Position numbers and translations under genes: made by a program. A DNA stretch of 64,000 nt, taken from an uncultured bacterium. Lineage in GTDB: Bacteria; Oederibacteriota; PGYV01; CAWJRG01. The notes beneath the pieces are model-generated. The model was not told where the DNA came from. It worked only from the letters and a program-made list of their open reading frames with translations, and did not search any database. Of this stretch, positions 17,431-27,067 are shown piece by piece. Each line of letters begins with the position of its first letter. The first letter of the stretch is position 1. The stretch lies in assembly GCA_963845185.1 (NCBI GenBank), contig CAWJRG010000005.1, positions 416,001-480,000 of the forward strand, in the 5' to 3' direction.

Positions 17431-18734
17431 TCATGGCGCAAATCTCTGTATCCTTGCGTTTCCGGAATCCGCCACATATGCCGAACCTGCACTGTTTATT
17501 GCAATTCCTTCGGGGTTGAAAAACTGCATACTGCCGAATCCGATATTTGGCGCCGAACTTCCCCATTGCGCCATGTAATTACCTGATAAATCAAATTCCT
17601 GCACCCGGTTGTGAAAAGTATCGCTGACAAATACATCGCCTGCGCTGTTTACCGCAATTCCGCAGGGCAGGTAAAATTGCCCATTCCCGGTCCCAGGCTT
17701 CCCCATTGGGTTATATAATTACCCGCCAGGCTGAATTTTTGTATTCTCTGGTTTCCGGTATCTGCAACATATAATACTGCGCCTGCATTATACACTGCTA
17801 TTCCTCCGGCGCTTCCTCCACCGCCAAAGAAATTAAACTGACCGTTTCCGCTTCCAGAAGTTCCCCATTGCGTTATATAATTTTCATTTGAATCAAACTT
17901 TTGTATCCTGCTGTTTCCGGTATCAGACACATACACCGTGCCTGAACTATCCACTGCAACCCCATTCGGCGCATTAAACTGCCCGTTTCCGCTTCCCAAA
18001 GTTCCCCATTGGGATATATAATTTCCGCTTGAGTCAAATTTTTGTATCCTGTTATTCCCGGAATCCGCGACATATATATATGCCCCTGTATTATCTACTG
18101 CTATTCCAAATCCAACATAGCAATTAAACTGCCCGTTTCCGCTTCCATAGCTCCCCCATTGTGTTACCGGATTCCCGTTTAAATCATATTCCTGCACTAT
18201 ATCGTTAATAGTACCCGCAGACGGGTGGAAAAATTCCGTGACATATACACCGTTATTGCTGTTGTCTATCGCAATGCCGAGAGGCGTATTGACCGGCGTA
18301 GGCCCGGTTCCCGGGCAATACCATGATAAATAACCCTGGGGAGCAGGCGTTAATGTTGACGTGGGAGTTTGCGTTCCGGTCACGCAGTTACAGGCATAAG
18401 TGATTGTGCGTGTAGGCGTGTTTTGCTGTGTAGCCGAGCCGGTACAGCATGCTGCAACGTAAGTTGTTGATGTACCCGACGGTACGGCTGTTATTGTATT
18501 TGTGCATGTGTTCACCGGCGTATCCGGCTGCGTGCCTGTTGCTGTACATGCCGGTGTTTTGGTCCTGGACGGGATGCTGGTCATAATTGCTGTCGCCGTG
18601 TTTATTTTTACCGGCGTATTTGTTGCCTCAGGTATTACTATGACTGAAACCGGATTTTGCCTGTGGCAGCAGCACCCGTTGCTGATTATTATTCCGGTTA
18701 AGACTATGACTGCTGAAACCAGTATTCTTTTCAT
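17431..18734 (-). CDS. NHL-repeat beta-propeller lipoprotein with Thr/Pro linker, frameshifted near 17693
   Basis: Repeated GSGNGQF..P.GIAVD..G.YV.D.GN.RIQKF; adding one G to CTGGGACC joins the two ORFs. Confidence 0.85.
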
Positions 18735-18763
18735 ATAAGAACCTCCTTTTGCTCCCTTTCACT

Positions 18764-18791
18764 TAGACAATTTTTTTTAAAAAATGTTCCA
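18764..18791 (-). promoter_or_regulatory. ECF sigma-type promoter
   Basis: TGGAAC-N16-TGTCTA. Confidence 0.6.
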
Positions 18792-18819
18792 ATTATTTTT
18801 TAAAAGGAGGTTATTATTC

Positions 18820-18847
18820 GCAGAGACACGCCCTGGCGTGTCTCTGC
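18820..18847. repeat. REP palindrome (GCAG variant)
   Basis: GCAGAGACACGCC-CT-GGCGTGTCTCTGC; compensatory variant of 44352-44379. Confidence 0.85.
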
Positions 18848-18918
18848 TTTAGTTTTATTATTTGTAAGATAGACAAACCTACCCAGCCTCCTTATTAAGG
18901 AGGGAGATAATAAGCTAA

Positions 18919-19013
18919 TACCGCTTGTCCTCGGCTAAAGCCTCGGACTTGAACGGGTATAATATCTCGTAATATTTTATCTTCGCAGTTAAGCTTGATA
19001 AAATAAACGATAT
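18919..19013 (-). repeat. Two-hairpin dispersed element, copy B
   Basis: Aligns to 24124-24216 in inverted orientation, with compensatory stem changes. Confidence 0.8.
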
Positions 19014-19021
19014 ATTAAAAC

Positions 19022-19062
19022 AAAAAAGACGGAGCGCCTTGTTGTGATGCCCAGTCTTTTGC
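19022..19062 (-). terminator. Hairpin or terminator after the RHH gene
   Basis: AAAAGAC...GTCTTTTTT on the minus strand. Confidence 0.45.
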
Positions 19063-19083
19063 CGTTATAAAATCAGTAATAAT

Positions 19084-19326
19084 TTACTTTTTGTATTCTT
19101 TCAGCACTTTCCTGTATTTTTCAAGCACTGATTCATATTGCTTGATAATTCTTTCATTTAAATTGATTTTTGCGCTGGTTTTATGTTCATCAAGCAGGCC
19201 CCTGATAAACTGCGAAGTGTTTTCGCCTTGTTCCTTCGCGAAATCTTCAACTGCCTTTTTTTCAAAGTCATTGACGCGGATCAGGATTTTTTCCGTCCTG
19301 TTTTTGCGCAAACGTTTTCTTCCCAT
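19084..19326 (-). CDS. Ribbon-helix-helix (MobC/CopG-like) small DNA-binding protein
   Basis: RTEKILIRVNDFEKKAVEDFAKEQGENTSQFIRGLL. Confidence 0.65.
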   Translation of the reverse strand: MGRKRLRKNRTEKILIRVNDFEKKAVEDFAKEQGENTSQFIRGLLDEHKTSAKINLNERIIKQYESVLEKYRKVLKEYKK

Positions 19327-19345
19327 AAAATCACCTGTAATTATA

Positions 19346-19726
19346 CTATATTTTTATTCCGGCACAGTATTCCTTTGCCCTTTTTATATCCAGGTTTTTC
19401 CAGTACGGGTATGTGGCGCACTGCTGAGGCCGAACATCATAAACCGAGCATGTATTATTTTTCAGGAAAACGCAGCCATCTTTTTTATATTTCATCACCC
19501 TGCCGAGCCATAAAAGTTTGCTTGTGTGTTTTTTTTTGAATTCCCTGACAGGCAGTCTGAGCTTCCCTGCCATTTTGATCATATCATTTTTATTCAGGTA
19601 TACGAAGCCGACCCTGCAGCAGTTACCGCATTTGGTGCAGGAAAACCCGTTATTTTGCAGTGATACCGTTTGTTTTGTCAGGCCTTCTTGCTTCGTACCG
19701 GCCTGCAGGGGCATTGGGCTCAGCAT
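19346..19726 (-). CDS. YkgJ-family cysteine-cluster protein (start uncertain)
   Basis: CTKCGNCC...CVFL...CSVYDVRPQQCATYPYW...CAG. Confidence 0.88.
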   Translation of the reverse strand: MLSPMPLQAGTKQEGLTKQTVSLQNNGFSCTKCGNCCRVGFVYLNKNDMIKMAGKLRLPVREFKKKHTSKLLWLGRVMKYKKDGCVFLKNNTCSVYDVRPQQCATYPYWKNLDIKRAKEYCAGIKI

Positions 19727-21120
19727 TTTTTCTCGAAGCGCTCCTTGTCGGTCTGGTCTGACAAATCCATGGGATAATCGCCGTCAAAGCACGCCATGCA
19801 GAATTTGTCTTTCCTGCCGCCCACTGTCTTGACAAGCCCTTCGAGAGACAGGTACGCGAGCGAGTCAACCCTTATATATTTCGTTATCTCTTCAAGCGAA
19901 TGGCTGTTTGCTATCAGTTCGGTCCTTGTCGGGAAATCCATGCCGTAAAAGCACGGGTTATAAATCGGCGGCGACGAAATCCTGTAATGTATTTCCTTGG
20001 CGCCTGCGTTCCTTATCATTTTCACTATTTTCCTGCTGGTTGTCCCCCTCACTATTGAGTCGTCCACCACGACAACCCTTTTGTCCTTTAAAATTTCCCT
20101 TACCGCGTTTAATTTCAACTTTACGCCGAAATCCCTTATGTTCTGCGAAGGCTCGATAAACGTCCGGCCCATATAATGGTTCCTTATCAGGCCCATGTCG
20201 TATTTTATGCCCGTGGTTTCCGAATACCCTATGGCAGCAGAAACCCCGGAATCAGGCACAGGGATTACCACGTCTGCCGCGACAGGCGACTCAATGCCAA
20301 GCTGGTTTCCCAGCCCGCGCCTTATGTCGTTTACCGACCTGTGGAATATAAAGCTGTCCGGCCTGGCGAAATATATGAACTCAAAAACGCACATGGCGCT
20401 CCTCGCCCTTTCCGCAAATTTTTCGGTCCTCATCCCGTCTTTTGAAAATATTACGATTTCGCCGGGTTCGACCGTGCCTATATGCTTTGCGTCAATCAGG
20501 TCAAACGCACATGTTTCGGAAGCCACCACATAAGCGCCGTCAAGCTGCCCTATTTCAAGCGGACGAAACCCGTTCGGGTCGCGCGCGGCTATAAGGTAAT
20601 CCTTGTTCAATATCACGTATGAAAAAGCGCCTTTCAGCTCGGCCAGGGATTTCTTTATAGCCTCTATGAAATCCATGCTGTTGTATTTTGCTATAAGGTG
20701 CACCAGCACTTCGCTGTCTGCAGTTGTCTCAAAAATCGAGCCTGTTTTCTCAAGTTTCCTTTTAATATCGTCGGAATTTATAAGGTTGCCGTTATGCGCC
20801 ACTGCCAGCGGGCCGTTTATATAGTTAATCCTTATGGGTTGTGCGTTGTCCACGTTGCTCGAGCCTGTTGTCGAGTACCTGACATGGCCTATGGCCTTGT
20901 TCCCGCGCAGGTACTCCAGGCTTTTTTCGTCAAAAATGTCTGCCACATGCCCCATTTTCTTGACCTCGGAAGTGATGCCGTTGTCATCCATCGTCACCAT
21001 GCCTGCGCTTTCCTGTCCCCTGTGCTGCAGGGCGTAAAGCGAAAGGTATGCCAGTTTCGACGCTTCGGGGTGCCCGTAAATGCCCACTATGCCGCAGGCT
21101 TCTTTGATATTTTCAGACAT
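19720..21120 (-). CDS. purF: Amidophosphoribosyltransferase
   Basis: [36 protein letters not shown]. Confidence 0.98.
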   Translation of the reverse strand: MSENIKEACGIVGIYGHPEASKLAYLSLYALQHRGQESAGMVTMDDNGITSEVKKMGHVADIFDEKSLEYLRGNKAIGHVRYSTTGSSNVDNAQPIRINYINGPLAVAHNGNLINSDDIKRKLEKTGSIFETTADSEVLVHLIAKYNSMDFIEAIKKSLAELKGAFSYVILNKDYLIAARDPNGFRPLEIGQLDGAYVVASETCAFDLIDAKHIGTVEPGEIVIFSKDGMRTEKFAERARSAMCVFEFIYFARPDSFIFHRSVNDIRRGLGNQLGIESPVAADVVIPVPDSGVSAAIGYSETTGIKYDMGLIRNHYMGRTFIEPSQNIRDFGVKLKLNAVREILKDKRVVVVDDSIVRGTTSRKIVKMIRNAGAKEIHYRISSPPIYNPCFYGMDFPTRTELIANSHSLEEITKYIRVDSLAYLSLEGLVKTVGGRKDKFCMACFDGDYPMDLSDQTDKERFEKKC

Positions 21121-23369
21121 ATTTATTCATCCCGTTTCTCCAGAGGTTTTCAATTTCATCCACGCGCATGTTTAATCTCTTTGAGTAAGCTTTCGCCGCC
21201 CAGTTTACGCTTATGATAAGCCTGTCCCCGCCTACCTCGCCTATCTCGGTCAATGCAACCCTGTTTTTCACAGCGAGCTGTTTCATTTTGTTCAGGTTTT
21301 CCTTCGAGGTTGTTATTACTATCCTCGACTGGGTTTCGCCGAATAAAAGCGCGTCAACCCTTATGTCGCTCTGCAGTTCCACGTAAGCGCCAATGTTTCT
21401 TTTGCCCTGCAGCCTGCCGGATACGCACGCCTCGGCTATTGTGATCGCAAGGCCGCCGTCGCTCACGTCATGGGCGGATTTTATATAACCTTTCCTGATG
21501 CCATGCATGCACGTCTTCTGCAGCATTTTTTCTTTTTTAAGGTCTATCTCCGGAACCGGGCCTTTTACCAGATTGTGCACTGTTTTCAGATACTCGCTTG
21601 CTCCTATTTCATCTTTTGTCTCGCCCAGAAGTATTATAACATCCCCTTTGTCCTTTAAATGCTGCGTCATGTATTTTTTCCCCGGCCCTTTTATTATGCC
21701 GACCATGCCCACGACAGGCGTGGGATATATCGGGCCTTTTTCGCCTTCGTTATAAAAACTCACGTTTCCGCTTATTACAGGCGTGCCGAGGATTTTTGCC
21801 GCATCGGCCATGCCCTGTATTGTGTTTTCAAATTGCCAGAATATCTCAGGGTCTTCCGGGTTTGCGAAATTCAGGCAGTTTGTAAGCGCTGCCGGCTGCG
21901 CACCGGCGCATACGACGTTCCTCGCCGACTCAGCCACTGCTATTGCACCTCCCCTGTAAGGGTCAAGATAAGTGTACCTGCCATTGCCGTCAACAGAAGC
22001 AGCGAGCATGAAATCCCTGTGTTTCATGTTGATGACAGCCGCGTCCGAGCCCGGCAGTACAAAAGTATTTGTCCTTACCATGTGGTCATACTGCTCCCAC
22101 ACCCAGTTCTTGCATGCTATATTCGGGGACGACAGCAAATTCCGGAAAACCGCCTCAAGGTCTTCAGGGACTTTTACCTCATCCTTTGCCAGGTTTATGT
22201 TTTCGAGGTATTCCGGTTTTTTACCCTTCTGTTTTTTAAGCGGAAAATATTTATAATTGCTGTCCGTCAGGGCCCTCACCGGTATATCCGCCACAATTTC
22301 CCCTTTTTCCTTTATGACAAGCCTTTCCTGCCTGATTACTTTTCCTATTTTTACCGCGTGCAGCCCCCATTTTTTCAGGATTTTTTCCACTGCCTTTTCA
22401 TTGCCTTTTTTGGCAACCATCAGCATTCTTTCCTGCGACTCTGAAAGCATTGTTTCATACGCGTTCATCCCTGTCTCTCGCTTCGGCACCTTGTCAATAT
22501 CTATTTCCATGCCTACTTCTCCGCGGTAAGACATCTCGGAAGAAGATGATGTCAGCCCTGCCGCGCCCATATCCTGTATGCCTACGACAAGTTTCTTTTC
22601 TATGAGTTCAAGCGTGGCTTCCAAAAGCAGCTTTTCCATGAAAGGGTCCGCGACCTGGACCGACGAACGCCTTGCCTGGTTTTCAGGCGTGAGTTCGGCA
22701 GAAGCAAAGCTTGCGCCGTGTATGCCGTCCCTGCCTGTAAGTGCCCCTATATAAATGACGGGATTCCCCTGTCCTTTTGCTATTCCTTTTGCTATTTTTT
22801 TGACGTCTACGGTGCCGATTGCCATTGCGTTTACAAGGCAGTTGGTATCGTAAGTGTCATCGAATATCGTCTCCCCTGCCACGGTTGGTATGCCGACGCA
22901 GTTGCCGTAATCGGCTATTCCCTCAACAACGCCGGGCAAAAGCCTGTGCGTGTTCCTGCTGTCAATCCCGCCGAACCTCAGGGAATCAAGCACAGCTATG
23001 GGCCTTGCTCCCATGGTAAAAACATCCCTTAAAATGCCTCCCACGCCGGTTGCAGCGCCCTGGTAAGGCTCTACTGCCGACGGGTGGTTATGCGATTCTA
23101 TTTTAAAGGCTATTGCCTTGCCGGTGCCGGTACTTATTATGCCGGCGTTTTCACCCGGCCCCTGCAGAACAAATTTGCCTTTTGTCGGAAACTTCTTTCA
23201 GCAGCGGCTTTGAATGCTTGTAGCTGCAGTGCTCCGACCACATTGCAGAAAATATCCCGAGTTCGACAAAAGTGGGTTTCCTGCCGAGTATTTTCAGTAT
23301 GTTTTCATACTCGTCTTTTTTTATGCCGTGCTTCTCTATAACCTTGCCGGTAATTTCCATATTTTCCAT
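21113..23369 (-). CDS. purL: FGAM synthase subunit PurL, one-base frameshift near 23197
   Basis: MWSEHCSYK in one frame; [21 protein letters not shown] in the other; removing one A restores LLKKFPT. Confidence 0.96.
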
Positions 23370-23408
23370 TTTTCAACCTGTTCTTCTTTTAATTTGCAGA
23401 TTAAGTAT

Positions 23409-24110
23409 CTAAGCTTTTTTTATATATTCCACCATTGATTCAAAAACCATCCTGCCGTCGGCTGAACCGAGCTGTTCAATCATTGATCTTTCAGGGTGAG
23501 GCATCATGCCCATAATGTTGCCGGCCTTGTTCATTATGCCTGCAATGTTATAAACAGCCCCGTTCGGGTTTGCGTCCTGGGTTACGTTGCCTTTTTCGTC
23601 GCAATACCGGAAAACAATCTGGCCGTTCTTGATGAGCGAATTAAGTGTTTGCTCATCACAGAAATAATTGCCTTCCTTGTGCGCAATGGGCACGCGCAGC
23701 ACCCTGCCTCTTTCGTACAGGTTCGTAAAAGGGGTGTCGCAGCTTTCAACTTTTATGTTGATATACCTGCATATAAATTTCAGCGTATTGTTTTTTAGCA
23801 TGGCGCCCGGAAGAAGTCCGGCCTCGAGAAGTATCTGGAATCCGTTGCATATGCCTATAACGAATTTATTTTTCCTTCCGGCGAACTTAAAAACAGAATC
23901 CATTACCCTGGAAAACCTGGCAATAGCGCCGGTTCGCAGATAATCGCCGTAGGAAAATCCTCCCGGCAGTATTATTGCATCATAATTCATTATATTTTTG
24001 GTCTCATGCCATACGTATTCGGCTTTTTGTTTTATGACATCTTCGATTGCCCACAGGCAGTCGCTGTCGCAGTTCGAGCCCGGAAAAACAACAACTCCGA
24101 ATTTAATCAT
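23409..24110 (-). CDS. purQ: FGAM synthase subunit PurQ
   Basis: [32 protein letters not shown]. Confidence 0.98.
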   Translation of the reverse strand: MIKFGVVVFPGSNCDSDCLWAIEDVIKQKAEYVWHETKNIMNYDAIILPGGFSYGDYLRTGAIARFSRVMDSVFKFAGRKNKFVIGICNGFQILLEAGLLPGAMLKNNTLKFICRYINIKVESCDTPFTNLYERGRVLRVPIAHKEGNYFCDEQTLNSLIKNGQIVFRYCDEKGNVTQDANPNGAVYNIAGIMNKAGNIMGMMPHPERSMIEQLGSADGRMVFESMVEYIKKA

Positions 24111-24123
24111 TTATTCTCCCTTG

Positions 24124-24216
24124 ATATCGTTTGTTTTGTCAAGCTTACCAGCGCAGGCAAAACATTACGAGATCATGTACCCGCTCCAGTCCCGAGCTTG
24201 CGAGGGACAAGCGGTA
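24124..24216 (+). repeat. Two-hairpin dispersed element, copy A (between purS and purQ)
   Basis: Aligns to 18919-19013; neighbouring palindrome ATCCCTTAATAAGGGAT at 24254-24270. Confidence 0.8.
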
Positions 24217-24305
24217 CTATGCTATCATTTATTTTTCAAGTCTTCACGGTTCTATCCCTTAATAAGGGATCAATAATATTAGATTTATAATAAGGGCTAA
24301 AAAAT

Positions 24306-24548
24306 TTATTCTATTTTAAAAGTATATTTTTCAATATTCGGGTTCGCGAGCAGTTTGTCGCAAATTTCATTTATTTCCTTGTCCATGCCGTTGCCTGACC
24401 GGTTTTCAAGCTCGATTTCTATGTATTTGCCTATCCTTACATCATTAATGTTTTTATACCCCATTTTATCAAGCGCGAATTTTACCGTCTTTCCCTGCGG
24501 GTCCAGTACCCCGTCTTTTAAAGTAACATATATTTTTGCTTTGGCCAT
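24306..24548 (-). CDS. purS: FGAM synthase subunit PurS
   Basis: VLDPQG, VRIGKYIE, LLANPNIE. Confidence 0.97.
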   Translation of the reverse strand: MAKAKIYVTLKDGVLDPQGKTVKFALDKMGYKNINDVRIGKYIEIELENRSGNGMDKEINEICDKLLANPNIEKYTFKIE

Positions 24549-24584
24549 TAACGGTTCACCTCAGAAAAATTTGATATAAACATA

Positions 24585-25544
24585 TTATTTTGACCACCAT
24601 ATATCGTTTTTCAATCCCGTGCTGTCGCTCCCTGCTACAACCCACATCTGATTGTTGTATACCACTGCGGTATGGCCATCCCTGGCGCTGAAGCTTGCCC
24701 CGCCCGTCTGCTCCGACCAGTTTATGCCGTCGCTTGAGCTCCATACGTCGTTGTAACGTGTACCGTTGTTCCATCCGGCTATTATCCAGATTTGGTTATT
24801 ATATACTAATGCGGTATGGCCATCCCTGTCGCTGAAACCTGCCCCGCCAGTCTGCTCCACCCAGTTTAAACCGTCACTAGAGTTCCATACGTCGCTGAAA
24901 TAACTGCTTCCGTTAAACCCGCCTATTACCCATATCAGGTTATTATATGCTACGCTTGCATGCTCGATTCTATTGCCGAATGCCGCTGTTGCTGTAACCT
25001 GGCTCCATGTTGCTCCGTTGTTTGAACTCCATACATCGCTTTTTAATCCCGTGTTGTCGCTTCCCGCGATAATCCACATCTGGTTATTGTATGTAACGCT
25101 GCTTTGGCCGTTTCTCGCGCTGAATGCCGCTGACGATACCGCCTGCGTCCAATTCGCCCCGTCGCTTGAACTCCAAACATCGTTTTTCACGCCGGTAATG
25201 TCGTTTCCGGCTATCACCCACATACGGTTGTTATATACAACACTGCTTTGGCCGTTCCTTGCGCTGAACGCGGCTGACGATACCGCCTGCGTCCAATTCG
25301 CCCCGTCGCTTGAACTCCATACGTCGTTTTTCAATCCCGTGCTGTCGCTTCCTGCTATCACCCACATCTGGTTGTTATATACAACACTGGCGTGGCCGTC
25401 TCTTGCGCTGAATGCCGCAGATGACGTTGACTGCGACCATTGCGAACCGGAAGCCGCTGCCGGAGTTGTCGGATTATTTTTCTTGCAGGACCAGAATAAT
25501 ATTGAGATACAAAAAATCAAACCCAAAATTGTTAATTTTTTCAT
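24585..25544 (-). CDS. Kelch-like six-bladed beta-propeller lipoprotein
   Basis: Lipobox FWSC; six 48-aa repeats FSAR.GH.SVVYNNQMWVIAG....NDVWSSSDG.NW. Confidence 0.85.
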   Translation of the reverse strand: MKKLTILGLIFCISILFWSCKKNNPTTPAAASGSQWSQSTSSAAFSARDGHASVVYNNQMWVIAGSDSTGLKNDVWSSSDGANWTQAVSSAAFSARNGQSSVVYNNRMWVIAGNDITGVKNDVWSSSDGANWTQAVSSAAFSARNGQSSVTYNNQMWIIAGSDNTGLKSDVWSSNNGATWSQVTATAAFGNRIEHASVAYNNLIWVIGGFNGSSYFSDVWNSSDGLNWVEQTGGAGFSDRDGHTALVYNNQIWIIAGWNNGTRYNDVWSSSDGINWSEQTGGASFSARDGHTAVVYNNQMWVVAGSDSTGLKNDIWWSK

Positions 25545-25667
25545 TTATTGTCTCCTGTTACATCATTTATTCTGACAAAACGTCAGGCCCAAGATAAGCA
25601 ACGCCTTGATACCGCAGATTTTAACGGATATCTTCTGATTTATTTCCGCATTAATTTTTAGGTGATT

Positions 25668-25696
25668 ATTATACTTTACCCGCAATATTTCGTCAA
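25668..25696 (-). promoter_or_regulatory. Sigma70 promoter for the kelch-pur operon
   Basis: TTGACG-N17-TATAAT. Confidence 0.65.
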
Positions 25697-25785
25697 GTTC
25701 ACTTTTGATTGACCATTTTCTTTTTTTATGCTATTATTCAATAAATTTTGTTTAATCATACTGCTGAATTTTTACCCGGAGGCAT

Positions 25786-26292
25786 ATGGAATTTTTAAAT
25801 TTAATTGACATAGTTTTATTTTTTATCATAATCGCGTATTTTCTGCTGGGCTGGCGCCTGCGCGGCATATACCTTCTTGTAATTCCAATAGCTTTTTTCG
25901 TTGGAATATTTATTGCCAATTTAAGCTACCTTGCCATGGCAAAAATTCTTGTTGGCCTGTTAAAAACCCAGCCAAACAGGAATTTAATGGCTTATACTTT
26001 AATGTTTGTATTAAGCAGCGGTATAGTGATTTTCGCGGGAATGACGCTGGCACGGTTTTTTGACGTTTTCAAGATTGATATTCTTGACAGGATTTTAGGC
26101 GCTGTGCTTTTTACTCTTATAATGGTAATCCCGACTTATTTTTTATTCGAATTTCTCCAGAAACTTCCGCTGAGCCAGCATTTAAAATCAAATATTGATA
26201 CATCCCTGATATTGACGGTAATCAAAAACTACGTCAACGTAATCCTCAAAATGACTCTCTTTAAAAATATAACAAAAATGGCAATAGGGTAA
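25786..26292 (+). CDS. CvpA family membrane protein
   Basis: N-terminal ID....GW..G, four TMs, LDRILGAV. Confidence 0.75.
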   Translation: MEFLNLIDIVLFFIIIAYFLLGWRLRGIYLLVIPIAFFVGIFIANLSYLAMAKILVGLLKTQPNRNLMAYTLMFVLSSGIVIFAGMTLARFFDVFKIDILDRILGAVLFTLIMVIPTYFLFEFLQKLPLSQHLKSNIDTSLILTVIKNYVNVILKMTLFKNITKMAIG

Positions 26293-26298
26293 AAACTG

Positions 26299-27039
26299 TT
26301 ACTTTTTACTGTCTTCCCCGAATAAATCTTCAATCTTGGGTTTTTTCTCCTGCATCCTTCTGATATTTCGCATTTTGTAGTACATAATGACGCTTAAACT
26401 TATAACAAAAAATATGGCAGCAAATGCCAGTATATAAGCTCCGTTTATTTTAAACACATAATACCCTAAAATTGCGGCGGCCAGCAGAAGCATAACTATA
26501 CCGATTACGACATTTAAAATCATATAATTTTTCAATCCCTTGATAAGGTTTGTTTTTAAATCATCTTCTCCCGCTGCAATTTTTATTAGGGGCTGTTTTT
26601 TGAAATTTATTATATTTTCAATGATTTTTGCGTATTTGTTTGCCGTGTCGTAGTTTAATCTCTCCGCGTTCGATTCATACCAGTTTTTTAAATCGTTGAG
26701 CTTGTTGAGTTTTGAGTATATTCCTATAAGGAGGTTATGGGCGTTGTCGTTTTCGAAATTCAGAGTAAGCGCCTTGAAATACATGTCTCGGGCGGATTTA
26801 AAATCATTTTTCTTTTCAAAGGCAATGCCGATTTTAATATAGGTTTCCTCGTTCACATCCCCGTGTTCGAGCGCGTTTTTATAAAACAAAACTGCCTTGT
26901 CAATATCTCCCATTTCAAACGCGGCGTTGCCTTTCTCGATAAATTCCCGGAATATCTCGCCCTTGTCAATTTTATTTCCGCATAACGGGCATTTTTCAAG
27001 GTCTTTGTCTATAACGGCGCCGCAGGACTTGCAGATCAT
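26299..27039 (-). CDS. Zinc-ribbon plus TPR membrane protein
   Basis: CKSCG...CPLCG, TPRs, two C-terminal TMs. Confidence 0.75.
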   Translation of the reverse strand: MICKSCGAVIDKDLEKCPLCGNKIDKGEIFREFIEKGNAAFEMGDIDKAVLFYKNALEHGDVNEETYIKIGIAFEKKNDFKSARDMYFKALTLNFENDNAHNLLIGIYSKLNKLNDLKNWYESNAERLNYDTANKYAKIIENIINFKKQPLIKIAAGEDDLKTNLIKGLKNYMILNVVIGIVMLLLAAAILGYYVFKINGAYILAFAAIFFVISLSVIMYYKMRNIRRMQEKKPKIEDLFGEDSKK

Positions 27040-27067
27040 CTATGCCTCCGGTTGTAAAGTTAATTTA

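Noticed and set aside
24124..24216. Purine or ZTP riboswitch upstream of purQ
   Set aside because: No recognisable consensus, the favoured folding strand is antisense to purQ, and related copies occur at unrelated genes
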